Numbered from the whole stretch's first letter, positions 12,820-24,135 are shown. The stretch is 63,932 nucleotides of DNA, filler included, from Octopus bimaculoides (GCF_001194135.2; 6 parts of 6 records of this genome joined end to end with filler, not necessarily neighbours in it); one strand, 5' to 3'. The notes: generated by a model from the sequence alone, not told the origin. Numbers and translations are program-made.

Positions 12820-12875
12820 AGAAAATCACGTGTAACGTCCCATCAATACAATCTCGCTGACGTTAAATTTGATCT
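12820..12875 (+). CDS. Candidate small exon (56 nt) of an unknown gene
   Basis: ttttcttaatatttcAG acceptor and GTAAGA donor. Only frame 0 is open (RKSRVTSHQYNLADVKFD). Confidence 0.25.
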
Positions 12876-13838
12876 GTAAGATAAATTCAGAAATATTTCA
12901 TATCTATGTAGATAGGGACACTCAATACCAATTTCAAAAATAAATTTGATTGCCGTTGGTAGCATTCTTGGATAAATTCTCAATATATTTAATTTGGTGG
13001 CAAGAATTTGTCATTCTTAAAATCCAATTTTAGAATTCTTCAGGCTATCTAGTATCTGATTAACTGTTTAGACTCAAGGGAGTCGACTCTAATCAATTTG
13101 AATGACAGTGCTATCTACGAAGCAAAACTTTCTTCTCTTCTAGACGAGTAAATCAATATTTCGATTTGCTTGTGGGCAGAGAGTTCTGCAAATGTCGATT
13201 ATGAGAAAATTTTATTAAATTATTTATTTAATGATTTTGTGCATGCTGAGTTCAAATAGGGCCCTGGTAGCTATTACCTTTCATTTTATAGAAGCTAAAT
13301 ATTCTATAAAATTCGTACATGTCAAATATTGATGCGAAACTTGTGTGGCCTTATTCTTATGTTAAACAGCAATATTTACCTTATATATCAATGTTGGAAA
13401 AGCAGCTAGCACTCTTATCTGATTCACTTTGTAATTTTTGTTGTCAATAACATAATTACTTGCAATGAAATTACGTTGATATTATTGGTCAGTTTTTTGC
13501 CGTTTTCACAAATATTCTCTCATTATTTAACCACAAAGATCAACATTTCCTTCATGGAATATTCTTTCGTGAGATTCAAAGTAGATTTGATTGAGAAAAC
13601 ACAAAGATTGCAGAGAAAGATGGTATTTTCTGGAAGACTGTCGTCGTGAGTCAAACTCAGTAATTAGATGAAACTGTGTCACGTTCCAATTAATATACAC
13701 AACTTGAATAACAAATTTTGTATTTCTCTTACCTTAAGTATATATAGCTTTATTTTTAGCTAAGCCAAAGCGAGACGGTTTCTGTTACAAACCTGCAAAA
13801 ATTAACTCGCATGGAGCTGAATCAAACTGTTAGAAATA

Positions 13839-15100
13839 TTAGGTCATCCCACAAATAATGTGGTTATCTTAGACTTCTTTATTTTTCAAAATTAATATTC
13901 AAATTTCTTTTTTAATCTAAAATGTGCTCTTCTTCATTTTCTACAATGATCTTCCATCTATTTGGCAGATTTGCAAGGCTCCTCTTCCAAAATTCACTTG
14001 TCCGTGACAAAAAATATTGCTCAAGTACCCTCTGACCTCGTCTACAGAATTCATACTTTTTCCGTCCAAATGATTTTGAAAATTGCGGAATAAATGATAA
14101 TAGATGGGGCAATATGGTGGGTGAGGCACCGTTTACCATTGAAACTGCTCCAAAATGTGATATGTCATCCTAGCTGTATATGGCCGAGGATTATCCTGAT
14201 GGAAGAATACTTCGTTTTGAAACCAAAGATAGGCGCTTTTCGTCTAGCGCTGGCTTCAGCCGCTCAAGCTTCTCGCAGTAGATCTCTTTTGTTATCGTTT
14301 GGTTTGGGTTTAAAAGTTCAAAGTAGACTAAACCTTTTATATCCCACCAAACAGATAACAACAACTTACGTAGGTGAAGACCTTCTTTAGTCCGGGGTGC
14401 CGGTTTCTCCTTTCCCTACCCATTGTCTGAGAGGCTTGATATTTATAAAAAGAACTATTCGGTCCAAAAATGGTTCATTCCTGAGACGTGACAGCAAAGA
14501 AGAGCATACATTCACCCTCCGCGCGCGATTAGATTAGGGAATTTTGTGAGAAACCCATTGCCCCAATATGCTGACTTTCCGATGGCAGCGAGTGGGCGAT
14601 GACTGATAGAATACCAAATCAAAGCTTCCCTGCTAGTTCTTGGACGGTTAGGATGAGATTTTGTTCCACCATCGTTTGAACGACGTCCTCATCGAGCTCT
14701 ACAGATCTTACAGAACAAGGCTCGTATTCTAGACTGTAGTCACCGGCTCGGAATTTCTGGACCAACCGTTGACACTGGCTTACGCTTATTATCCGATGCA
14801 TATACAGCATTAATAATCCTCGCGTTTTCCGTTGCATTTTATTGCTTTTATTGAACACATAAAGCAAAATATGCGGAATAAGCTCTTTTGTCACCTCCAT
14901 TATAGCATTGGAAAAATAAATGTTAAACTCGAACTGCACTCTTCAAAACTTGCTCTAAGAATAAAATTACAAAATAAAATTACAAAATAAAATTACTGCC
15001 CGCTTTTATAGCAAACTGGTGCAGGTAGGTTATCCGGTCCCCCTCAGGCTTTTAGTTCATGCAACTGTAAAAACTGCATTAATTAGGGATGACACAGTAA
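13839..15100 (-). mobile_element. Full-length but decayed mariner element (~1.26 kb)
   Basis: Minus strand: HTH (MEVTKELIPHILLY...FRAGDYSLE), LLSVWWDIKGLVYFELL, HQDNPRPY, HPPYCP, YHLFRNFQNHLDG, RWKIIVENE. TA+ttaggtcatcccacaaataatg at 13837-13862 and a degenerate inverse at 15072-15100. Confidence 0.88.
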
Positions 15101-15234
15101 TTATACGTGTAAGTCCTTCTAAACATATTGAGTGCCTTTTTATTTTCTTTGTCCATTCGTGTATATATATCTTTTATATTTTCTCTCGTACTTGTTTCAG
15201 TAATCAGACTTCGGCCTACCTAGAGCACGTTTTT

Positions 15235-15400
15235 GAGGCTGGTACGAATCCTATCGGTCTCTTTATGCAGAACCGCTAAGTTACAGTGACGTAAATATAC
15301 CTACAACGGTTGTTAAGAGGTGGTGGTGGTTGTGCAGAAACACAAAGACAAAGACATACACGCAGACACACACACACACACTTACCACTTATATATATAT
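15235..15400 (-). mobile_element. SINE family 1, 3' part
   Basis: ctatcggtctcttt..gcagaaccgctaagttac..gacgtaaa. Confidence 0.7.
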
Positions 15401-15404
15401 ATAT

Positions 15405-15730
15405 ATTACTGCTTAACTCTCTCTGAGAGATTTAGAAATATGATATTTCATATTTTGGTAACCAGTGAATAAATTTCACTCTGATGATATATGTTGCGAG
15501 GGCTAGACAGACTTCTTCAGCCAGCTGGTCATGCTACTTCAGGCTGATGACGAGCAAAGCCTCAGAAACATGTCCCTGAATGCTGACTAGGCTGGGTGGA
15601 GGAGTTTGTCTCCCCCTCGCAAACATCAGGACACAGTAATTGTGTCAAGGCCGACAGGAAGCGGTCCAGCTTCCTAGGGCTAAACAGCAGTAGTATATTC
15701 CCTTATTGGGATTGTCACATTAAGTTGACA
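15405..15730 (+). mobile_element. ~350 bp hammerhead-bearing repeat unit (retrozyme-like)
   Basis: Shares blocks with 39300-39560 in circularly permuted order and contains the hammerhead. Right end is lost in a gap. Confidence 0.55.
15528..15587 (+). ncRNA. Type I hammerhead ribozyme motif
   Basis: Stem I ttcagg(15538-43)/cctgaa(15575-80) with distal gtca/tgac. Core CTGATGA 15544-50, stem II gag/ctc, GAAAC 15565-69, palindromic stem III acatgt, GTC cleavage triplet 15572-74. Confidence 0.8.
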
Positions 15731-16183
15731 NNNNNNNNNNNNNNNNNNNNNNNNNNNNNNNNNNNNNNNNNNNNNNNNNNNNNNNNNNNNNNNNNNNNNN
15801 NNNNNNNNNNNNNNNNNNNNNNNNNNNNNNNNNNNNNNNNNNNNNNNNNNNNNNNNNNNNNNNNNNNNNNNNNNNNNNNNNNNNNNNNNNNNNNNNNNNN
15901 NNNNNNNNNNNNNNNNNNNNNNNNNNNNNNNNNNNNNNNNNNNNNNNNNNNNNNNNNNNNNNNNNNNNNNNNNNNNNNNNNNNNNNNNNNNNNNNNNNNN
16001 NNNNNNNNNNNNNNNNNNNNNNNNNNNNNNNNNNNNNNNNNNNNNNNNNNNNNNNNNNNNNNNNNNNNNNNNNNNNNNNNNNNNNNNNNNNNNNNNNNNN
16101 NNNNNNNNNNNNNNNNNNNNNNNNNNNNNNNNNNNNNNNNNNNNNNNNNNNNNNNNNNNNNNNNNNNNNNNNNNNNNNNNNNN

Positions 16184-16500
16184 TTAGTCGAACAAATTGA
16201 CCCCAGGAACTATTGTTTGTAAGCCTAGTACTTATTCTATCGGCCTCTTTACCCGAGCCGCTAAGTTACGGGGACGTAAATACACCAGCATCGGTTGTCA
16301 AACGATGGGGGGGGGGGCACAAACACAGACATACAAACATACGCACAGAAATATACACGGACACGTATATACGACGGGCTTCTGCGTCTTTCACATACCG
16401 CCTACCTCTCTACTAGCCAAATCCACACACAAGACTAGTTGCACTGAGACTAGTGTAGAAGACACATTCCCCAGGACCGTGTCCTTGGGGAGCAAACTGG
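16184..16500 (-). mobile_element. SINE family 1
   Basis: ttagtcgaacaaattgaccccagg...ctagtacttattctatcgg...acgggcttct... Confidence 0.85.
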
Positions 16501-16610
16501 TTAACTTAAAGCTACGTTTGCACCTATACACACTCACAGACATATGCAGACTCACACATACACACGCGCGCGCGCACGCAAACACAGACACACATACATA
16601 TATACATACA

Positions 16611-16669
<59 letters not shown>

Positions 16670-16769
16670 NNNNNNNNNNNNNNNNNNNNNNNNNNNNNNN
16701 NNNNNNNNNNNNNTTAATTAATTAANNNNNNNNNNNNNNNNNNNNNNNNNNNNNNNNNNNNNNNNNNNN
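16670..16769. other. Artificial 100-bp scaffold linker N44-TTAATTAATTAA-N44 (also centred at 39609-20, 47231-42, 53270-81, 62160-71)
   Basis: Counted 44 N + 12 nt + 44 N here; the 12-mer has stops in all six frames; the same 12-mer sits inside N gaps five times. Confidence 0.93.
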
Positions 16770-17415
16770 GGGATCTTTGGGTATAGCCAAAAGGCACACG
16801 GAGCCAAGTCTGGGGAGTAGGAAACCTGACGAAAATGTGATGTGTTTTGCTTGACGTGGAATGCTTGGATGAGGGGGGGGGGCGAATGAGCGTGTGCGTT
16901 ATCATGGTGAAGTTGTCAGTTCTTTGCTACCCTCAGGTCGGGTCGTTTTCGCCGCGCAGCTTCACGAAGGCGACGAAGGACTCCCAGGTAGTATTCTTTG
17001 TTAATTGTCTGGCCACAACCTAGCTCACTGTCCATTGAAGTGCAGCCATCTTTGAATCGGTTGTACCACTCCTTTATGTGTGTTTTTCCCATAGCTTCAT
17101 CTCCAAAGCTCTTCTGAATTTTCTCGATAGCCTGGGCTTGCCTATCACCAAGTTTTTGGCAGAATATAATACAGTATCTTCGCTCAAAGCGCTCGGTCAT
17201 CTTGACTCAAAAAGAAACATCGCACAGTACACCCTTCACGTCTGTACTCAACGCGTCACTGCGGGCGAATGGCGCAACCTACAAACACGAAAATTTTTAC
17301 GCATGCTCAGGAAGGACGCGGCCACGTAATACTCATGCGGATTTTGCTCACGCATTATTATTTTATGCGAAAAAAATCAAGGTCGGATACTTTTTTACTA
17401 CACCTCGATTGTATA
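16770..17415 (-). mobile_element. Internally deleted mariner element
   Basis: ORF 16916-17200(-) joins an HTH (RYCIIFCQKLG...EWYNRFKDG) to GQTINKEYYLGVLRRLREA.RRKRPDL; downstream QLHHDNA. TIR-like aaaatcaaggtcggatactttttt...cctcg at 17373-17408. Confidence 0.82.
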
Positions 17416-17424
17416 TCTAAATCT

Positions 17425-17660
17425 ATGTGCGTGTGTCTTTGTGTCTGTGTTTGTCCCTCCCACCACCGCTTGACAACTGGTGTTGGTGCGTTTGCGTCCC
17501 TCTAATCTAGCAGTTCAGCAAAAGAAATCGATAGAATAAGTACTAGGCTTTACCCCCCCCCCCCAAGTACTGGAATCAATTCATTCGACTAAAAGAATTT
17601 GAGGCGGTGCCCCAACATGGCTGCAGCTTTATGACTGAAACAAGTAAAAGATAAAATATA
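17425..17660 (+). mobile_element. SINE family 1, 3' half
   Basis: cttgacaactggtgttggtg...gatagaataagtactaggc...gaaacaagtaaaag. Confidence 0.85.
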
Positions 17661-18394
17661 AGTATAATATATGTATCGTGAGATCGATGTATACAGACAT
17701 AATCAGGAAATAGTGAAATAGTTTCGTGCTACCGAGCCAGCAACTTCATAAATGGATAAATGGATCCAATTCATATTTAGAAGCTGCTACGAAGAACTAA
17801 TGCAAACAACAATCTCCCTTTGCTCACCAAAAAAATTCAAATTGTCTGGCGCTGTATCTAAAGATTTCTTAGCAACAATGACCCGTACATTATGCCATTA
17901 CATTTCTCTATGAGAACGAAACATCAAGCGAGGTTACTGTTGACAACAAGAATAAATAAACAAAATGATATAGGTAAATAAATAGATAAAACTGCCTTGG
18001 TTGTTAACGATTTTGTATTAGAATGTTTACTATTGAAAATGGCAAAAGGGGGGGGGACACCCAACAATCGCTGACAAGAAACAAGAACGATAACCAGAGT
18101 AAATAAATGTCTTCATTGTTATAAAGTGAAAGAAAAGAATTGTAATAACCTCTAGAGGATCTTCAGCTAAAAAATCAAAACAACCCCACGACCCAAACCC
18201 TAAAAAGTAAGGATTTAAAAAGCAACCAGATTGGGAGGCAGTCTGTATCCTTTTTTCTTTTTTATCCAGATGGATGATATTATAGATAATGACAATTGAA
18301 ACCAATCTATTTAGCAACAATAGGAAGTTTCAATTCGTAGGAATGAGAGCAGTAAGTAAATAATGTATGTATGTATGTATGTATGTATGCATGC

Positions 18395-18655
18395 GTGAAG
18401 GCACGTGACCTTGTGGTTAGACTGTTGCACTCACGGTCGCTAGATCGTGGGTTCGATTCCCTGATTATGCGGCGTATTGAGTTCTTGAGCGAAAAACTTA
18501 GTTTCACATCGCTCCAGTTCCCTTTCGATCAGTGGGGGATCGTTGGCCTGCTCACCTAGCCAGCAGGGTTGCATCCACCTGAAGGCTAAAACAATGCAAA
18601 AGCGCATTGTGACCAGCGATGTTTAACATCTGATAGCCTGGTCGGTCACGTGATC
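18395..18655 (+). mobile_element. tRNA-type SINE related to family 3
   Basis: A-box-like gtgaccttgtggt, B-box gggttcgattccc, then ttcttgagcgaaaaac..tttcacatcgctccag as at 30612 and 54776. Confidence 0.65.
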
Positions 18656-18909
18656 ATGTGATGTATATATGTATGCATACATACATACATACAAACATAC
18701 ATACATACATACATACATACAAACATACATACATACATACATACATGCATACATACGTACATACATACATACGTTATATAGAATTCCAGTGACTTTTCAG
18801 GTACTGATATGGCAAGCTTATTAAAAGTAATTATTAGCAACGGAAGCTGTATTAATACCAAAAGGTGGATGTTAACGTTGGCAGCGAGAGTTCGCTGTTA
18901 TGCAACCAG

Positions 18910-18968
18910 CGGACGTCTGTTACTGAAGAGACGGTGGTACGTCGAAATTACATGATCTGGCAGTTCCG
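18910..18968 (+). ncRNA. Type I hammerhead ribozyme motif (canonical core)
   Basis: Stem I ctgtta(18917-22)/tggcag(18958-63) plus distal cgga/tccg. Core CTGAAGA 18923-29, stem II gacg/cgtc with loop gtggta, GAAA 18944-47, stem III att/gat with loop acat, ATC cleavage triplet 18955-57. Confidence 0.82.
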
Positions 18969-19059
18969 GCGCCCGTAGCAGAGGATTCTAACTGTCAACG
19001 ATGTAAATATGTGTGCTTTTATGCACTATGCATCCATTTGAGAGGTCCTCTGAAGATGA

Positions 19060-19204
19060 ATACCGCGGTACTTATTTTTTTTTTGAGCCTCGTACTTATT
19101 CTATCGTTTTCTTTTGCCGAACCGCTAATGTTACGGGGGCGCAAACAAACCAACACCGGTTGTCACGCAGTGGTGGAGGAAACATACATACACACACACA
19201 CACA

Positions 19205-19270
<66 letters not shown>

Positions 19271-19430
19271 ACGGGCTTCTTTCAGTTTCCGTCTACCGAA
19301 TTCACTCACAAAGGTTTTAGTCAGCAGAGGCTATAGTAGAAGATAGTTACTTGCCCAAGGTGCCTTGCAGTGGGACTGAACCCGGAACCATGTGGCTAGG
19401 AAGCAAGCTTCTTTACGACACAGCTATATC
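19060..19430 (-). mobile_element. SINE family 1 with internal (CA)n
   Basis: gtacttattctatcg...(ca)n...gggcttctttcagtttccgtctacc...gggactgaacccggaaccatgtgg. Confidence 0.9.
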
Positions 19431-19469
19431 TAGCAATGCAAACAAGAGTAACTAATTTGTCGACGGTTC

Positions 19470-19930
19470 TAAAAGAAAGCTTGTAACTCTTACATTGCAC
19501 GTAGAAATTAAAATAATGCAGCGTCTGAAAAGAGGCGAAAACCAGAACTTTGTTGTACGTGAATATAATATTGGTGCTTCAGAAATTTATAACATTATGA
19601 AACAAATGGACCACTTAATACAATTTATGGCTGATTCAGAGACAATTAAAACCGCTGATCTGTTACAGTCTTTCAGAACTGGTATTAAGCGATATTTTAG
19701 TGGTTTCGTGTAAAAATATTCGAGGGTGTACCAATTTTAGGCTTAATGGTTATTGAAATTGCCAGGCAATTATTTCAGGATATGTGTATCGCGAAGGCAT
19801 CCATGTTTACAGTTGGGCAGTTTAGAACTTTTAAAACGAGATGCTGCATTCGTAAATTTAATTTGTCAGGTGGAAAGGATGTCGGCAGATATTGAGGTTG
19901 GTAAAAGATATTTTATGACCTGGTTTAAAA
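19470..19930 (+). mobile_element. pogo/Tigger-like transposase N-terminal (CENP-B-type HTH) remnant
   Basis: KRKLVTLTLHVEIKIMQRLKRGENQNFVVREYNIGASEIYNIMKQ, then MVIEIARQL; frameshifted. Confidence 0.6.
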
Positions 19931-20445
19931 AAAAGAATGGTGTATATATATATACACATATACATACACACACACACACATATATATATATACACACATA
20001 AGTATATATGTATTTATATATATATGTATATGCATATTTATATATGTGTACATGTATATATATATATTATGTATATATATATATATANNNNNNNNNNNNN
20101 NNNNNNNNNNNNNNNNNNNNNNNNNNNNNNNNNNNNNNNNNNNNNNNNNNNNNNNNNNNNNNNNNNNNNNNNNNNNNNNNNNNNNNNNNNNNNNNNNNNN
20201 NNNNNNNNNNNNNNNNNNNNNNNNNNNNNNNNNNNNNNNNNNNNNNNNNNNNNNNNNNNNNNNNNNNNNNNNNNNNNNNNNNNNNNNNNNNNNNNNNNNN
20301 NNNNNNNNNNNNNNNNNNNNNNNNNNNNNNNNNNNNNNNNNNNNNNNNNNNNNNNNATATGCATATATGTATATATATGTATATATGTATGTATGTATAT
20401 ATATATGTATATATGTATGTGTATATATGTATATATCTATATATC

Positions 20446-20489
<44 letters not shown>

Positions 20490-20620
20490 GTGTATAGAAC
20501 GACAAACATTCTCCAGTGGGGGCGAAACAATGGCGCCCTGTCCATAAAACTTTAAATATTGCCAACACAGAAGCAAACACTGATGTCTACTGTGTTGTAG
20601 CTGCTGCTGCTGCCCGCACT

Positions 20621-20691
<71 letters not shown>

Positions 20692-20929
20692 TACGTGTTT
20701 AACGTAAATAATACCGAATGTTGGTCGACAGAGAAATGTGAGATATTAAGAAATGATATAATAATTAAATGCAATTCATTTATATTGAATCTTCTTGTTG
20801 TTTAACCCTAATCGGTTCCGACTGAGCCGACATATGGTGAAAGGCGTTTCAAACGTTTATGTGTTAATTTCTTTTTAAGGCCTATTTAATCCAGAACTAA
20901 TTTATTCTATGTCCGTGTCCTTGACTTAA

Positions 20930-20981
<52 letters not shown>

Positions 20982-20994
20982 CATCATCATCAAA

Positions 20995-21447
20995 ATTCTC
21001 CTTTGCATGCCATCAAAATGACACTGAGGTAAAATATACGAAGCCCAGTACACCCATCATGACTACCCGTCTGATAAAGGGTACACCAGGCACATGCATC
21101 ACAGCCATATGTGCGCGACATGGTGATCTCATATCAAGATAAACAGCACATGACCTCGTAGGTGGGGGCCCAGTTAGAATGTTTTCAGGTCGAGTAGCCC
21201 ATCCCGCTCAAAAGGTCCCTGAATTAGGTTTGTTTAAGGATGTTGAGCAAAACACCCATGTTTCCAAAGGTGAATTATTCAAACCCCAAAGAATTCCTCG
21301 CAACACATGGCTATGATGCTCCCCCACTACTTCTGCTCATGATCAGAGATGCACATATCGTCAGCCACCAAGGGACGTGCTCAACTAATTAAGGTTAAAC
21401 AACTGACAAGCAAATCTGTGGTATTGAGCAGAATATTTGCTGTAGTC
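20995..21447 (-). mobile_element. Family A retroposon-like repeat, 5'-truncated, inside (TTA)n
   Basis: Reverse complement of 8850-9310 and 45620-46070; (ATT)n on both flanks (20931-20985 and 21448-21490). Confidence 0.8.
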
Positions 21448-21559
21448 CATCTTATTATTATTATTACTATTATTATTATTATTATTATTTTAAGATGGTA
21501 GGAGATTTAACTGTTATTTCTAGCACATCGAGCGACCACGTTGACTGTTCTTCGGAAAG

Positions 21560-21700
21560 ATGTGGCGTGGTGATAGCGTAGTTCAGCTGGTATTTATTTC
21601 ATCGACCCCGAATAGATGAAAGGCAAAGCCGACCTCGGCGGAATTTGAACTCAGAACGTAAAGACGGACAAAATGTGTGCTGACTATTCTGCTAGTTCTC
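21560..21700 (-). mobile_element. SINE family 2 fragment
   Basis: atcgaccccgaatagatgaaaggcaaagccgacctcggcggaatttgaactcagaacgta. Confidence 0.8.
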
Positions 21701-22699
21701 CACCTTCCGAGAGGAAATAACTTATTTGAATATAAAGGTAATTAGAGGGGACCGTCTAATTGAGAAATGTTTGCTCTTTTCTCTCTGTTTTTTTTTTCTC
21801 TTGTCGTCTATCCTGCATAAGAGCGTATGCTCACACCGTTAAGACTTCTTCCACTTTTCCTAAGCGTCAGCCAAATACATTATTAGTTAGTATTTAAAAA
21901 AATCTACACTGCGTGTTTTTTAGATTAAATTTTTTGTACCATGTAAAATAAATAGTGCAGTAAGTCGCAACATACATCATGTGGCGAACACGATTAATCA
22001 AAGCTTATATTGTATTGGAATAGGGTAAACATTACTGAACGTTGCTTAAAATCTCCAAACAAAGACGAGAGCGGTAGCTCAAAATATTAATTTTAAAAAT
22101 TGCTTTAAATTGGATGACGTATTAAATTTCCAGTTAATTAAAATAAGCAATAGGCAATGCATTGAGGGAAAGAAAGAGTCGCTGCAGACATATTATGGCT
22201 TATATTCCGTAATAAGAATGATATCCATTGGACAGTTACAATCTGTATATGTCGACAGCATAAAGACACACTTTTAATAAATGACGCCACTCATTTAAAC
22301 GCTATAAAACATACTCCTGTACTTTTAGCTGTTTTCCTCACCAATACATTCTCCAATGCCAACTACCATTTCCGCGACAATCCTGCAATCTATCCACCTT
22401 TCCTAGCCTAACTTTCAACTACAATTCAAATACAGCCATATTTGCTATCCTGTATCTCATTCAGCCCGGATGCAATGTCAATCACATGTGCAATAAATAC
22501 GCAGACATGCGTCATTGTAGGACATCGCTGCACTTTATTAAAATGCAATATGTAGAATTCAGTAAATTGATATTGAAATATTCATTCCCCAATAGCAGAA
22601 AGATTAGGATCTGGCGTTTGTTAGTTTGGTTGTGAGAGTAGTGACGAAGGCTGTTGATGTATAGCTCTACTCAAACAGTCCTAAGGTTCTTAGGTAACC

Positions 22700-23353
22700 G
22701 ACCAAACAGCTTAGTGCAAGCCACAGGTTGCGATGAAGGTTGTTTTTATTTTGGTGTTGTACGTGGTTGTTGTTTTTGTTATTCTTGTTGTATAGTTCCA
22801 AATCAAGTAGTCTATGGCTCCCAATTAGTCTATGACTCTCAGGTAGTCGATGACTCTCAGGTAGTCTATGAGTCTCAGGCAGTCTCAGAGAGTCGGTCAG
22901 TCAAACGGCGAGTTGTGACCCACAGATTCATATTCCCAACCGTAATGAAGATTGTGTTTGTTGGTGTTGTATGTGGCAGTTGTTGATATTGTTGTTGTTG
23001 TTGTTGTTGCAGTATAGTCTCAGATCAACCGTGTTTAAGTAGACCTATGCCTCCACTCCTAGGTATATTCGGCCAAACGGCGAGGTACAATCCACAAATT
23101 CATTTTCTCAACTGTAATGAATATTGTATTTGATGGTGTTGTATGTGGTTGTTGATATTATTGTTGCTGTTGTTGTTGTTGTTGCTGCTGCTGCTGCAGT
23201 ATGCCTCTCAAGTCAGCTCTATTTAAGCCGACCCATGTCCCAACTCCCAAGTATTCGGTCAAACGGCCACGAGCGACCTTCAGATTTATCTTCCCACCTG
23301 TAATGAATATTATATTTGATGGTATTATATGTGGTTGTTGTTATTATTGTTGC

Positions 23354-23387
<34 letters not shown>

Positions 23388-23450
23388 GCTGATGCAGTAT
23401 AGCCCCAGGTCAGCCCTGTTCACGCAGGCCTACGCCCCCACTCCCAGGTG
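22700..23450. repeat. About four diverged tandem copies of a ~170-190 bp unit with an embedded (TTG)n tract; first unit has an 18-bp subrepeat
   Basis: Recurring caaacggc..ag...attcat.ttccca.c.gtaatgaa.att.t.tttg.tggt.tt.tatgtgg...(ttg)n gcagtat at about 22900, 23075 and 23260; gtagtc.atga.tctcag x4 at 22808-22885. Confidence 0.85.
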
Positions 23451-23689
23451 AGGTTCGAATCCATACGTCCACCATCCAAAGATCAAACTCCAATAAAGTC
23501 ATAAATCTTATGAGCTGTAGTGTGACGATGTGGACTTATTACTCTCCTTACGACTGACCGCTCTGGCGATGTGGACTGACCTCTCTTTTCGACTGACCCC
23601 TCTTCTTATTCTAAGAAAAGGGGCTGTCAAAATCGTTGTCTAAGTGGATGAAATGATCATGATTTTGCTGGATGCTACATGTTTTTCGT

Positions 23690-23945
23690 TTTGTATTCTT
23701 GCGTTCGTCATATGGTTTTTAGTGATGTTCGTCGTTGTGGTTATTATTGTTGTTGTTGGTGTTGTTGTTGTTGTTGTTGAAGGTCATGACGATAACGATG
23801 AAAATGATGATGGTGGTGGTCGGAGTGATGACGAAAACGTCAACGATGACGGCGAGAAGAAAAAGGAGAGGCAGGAGAAAAAGGAGACGGACGATGATAA
23901 TGATGATGATGGTGATGATGGTGATGATGGTGATGACGATGGGGA

Positions 23946-23977
<32 letters not shown>

Positions 23978-24100
23978 GAGGGTGATAGTGATGGTGGTAG
24001 TGGTGGCGCTGCTGTTGGTGGTGGTGGTGGTGATGACGACGACGACGATGATGATGAGGAAGATGCTACTAGTGTTGCTCCTGTTGCTGCTGCTGCTGCC

Positions 24101-24133
<33 letters not shown>

Positions 24134-24135
24134 AA
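23690..24135 (+). repeat. Compound trinucleotide low-complexity tract (GTT/GAT/GGT/GCT)
   Basis: Direct reading; generates poly-D/V/M ORF artefacts. Confidence 0.9.

Noticed and set aside
17750-18330. Coding-looking short frames (MDKWIQFIFRSCYEELMQ...; ORF 18030-18320)
   Set aside because: Short, no recognisable motif and no consistent splice signals
22808-22890. 18-bp direct repeats resembling a CRISPR-like array
   Set aside because: Contiguous tandem units with no unique spacers, in a eukaryotic context with no cas genes
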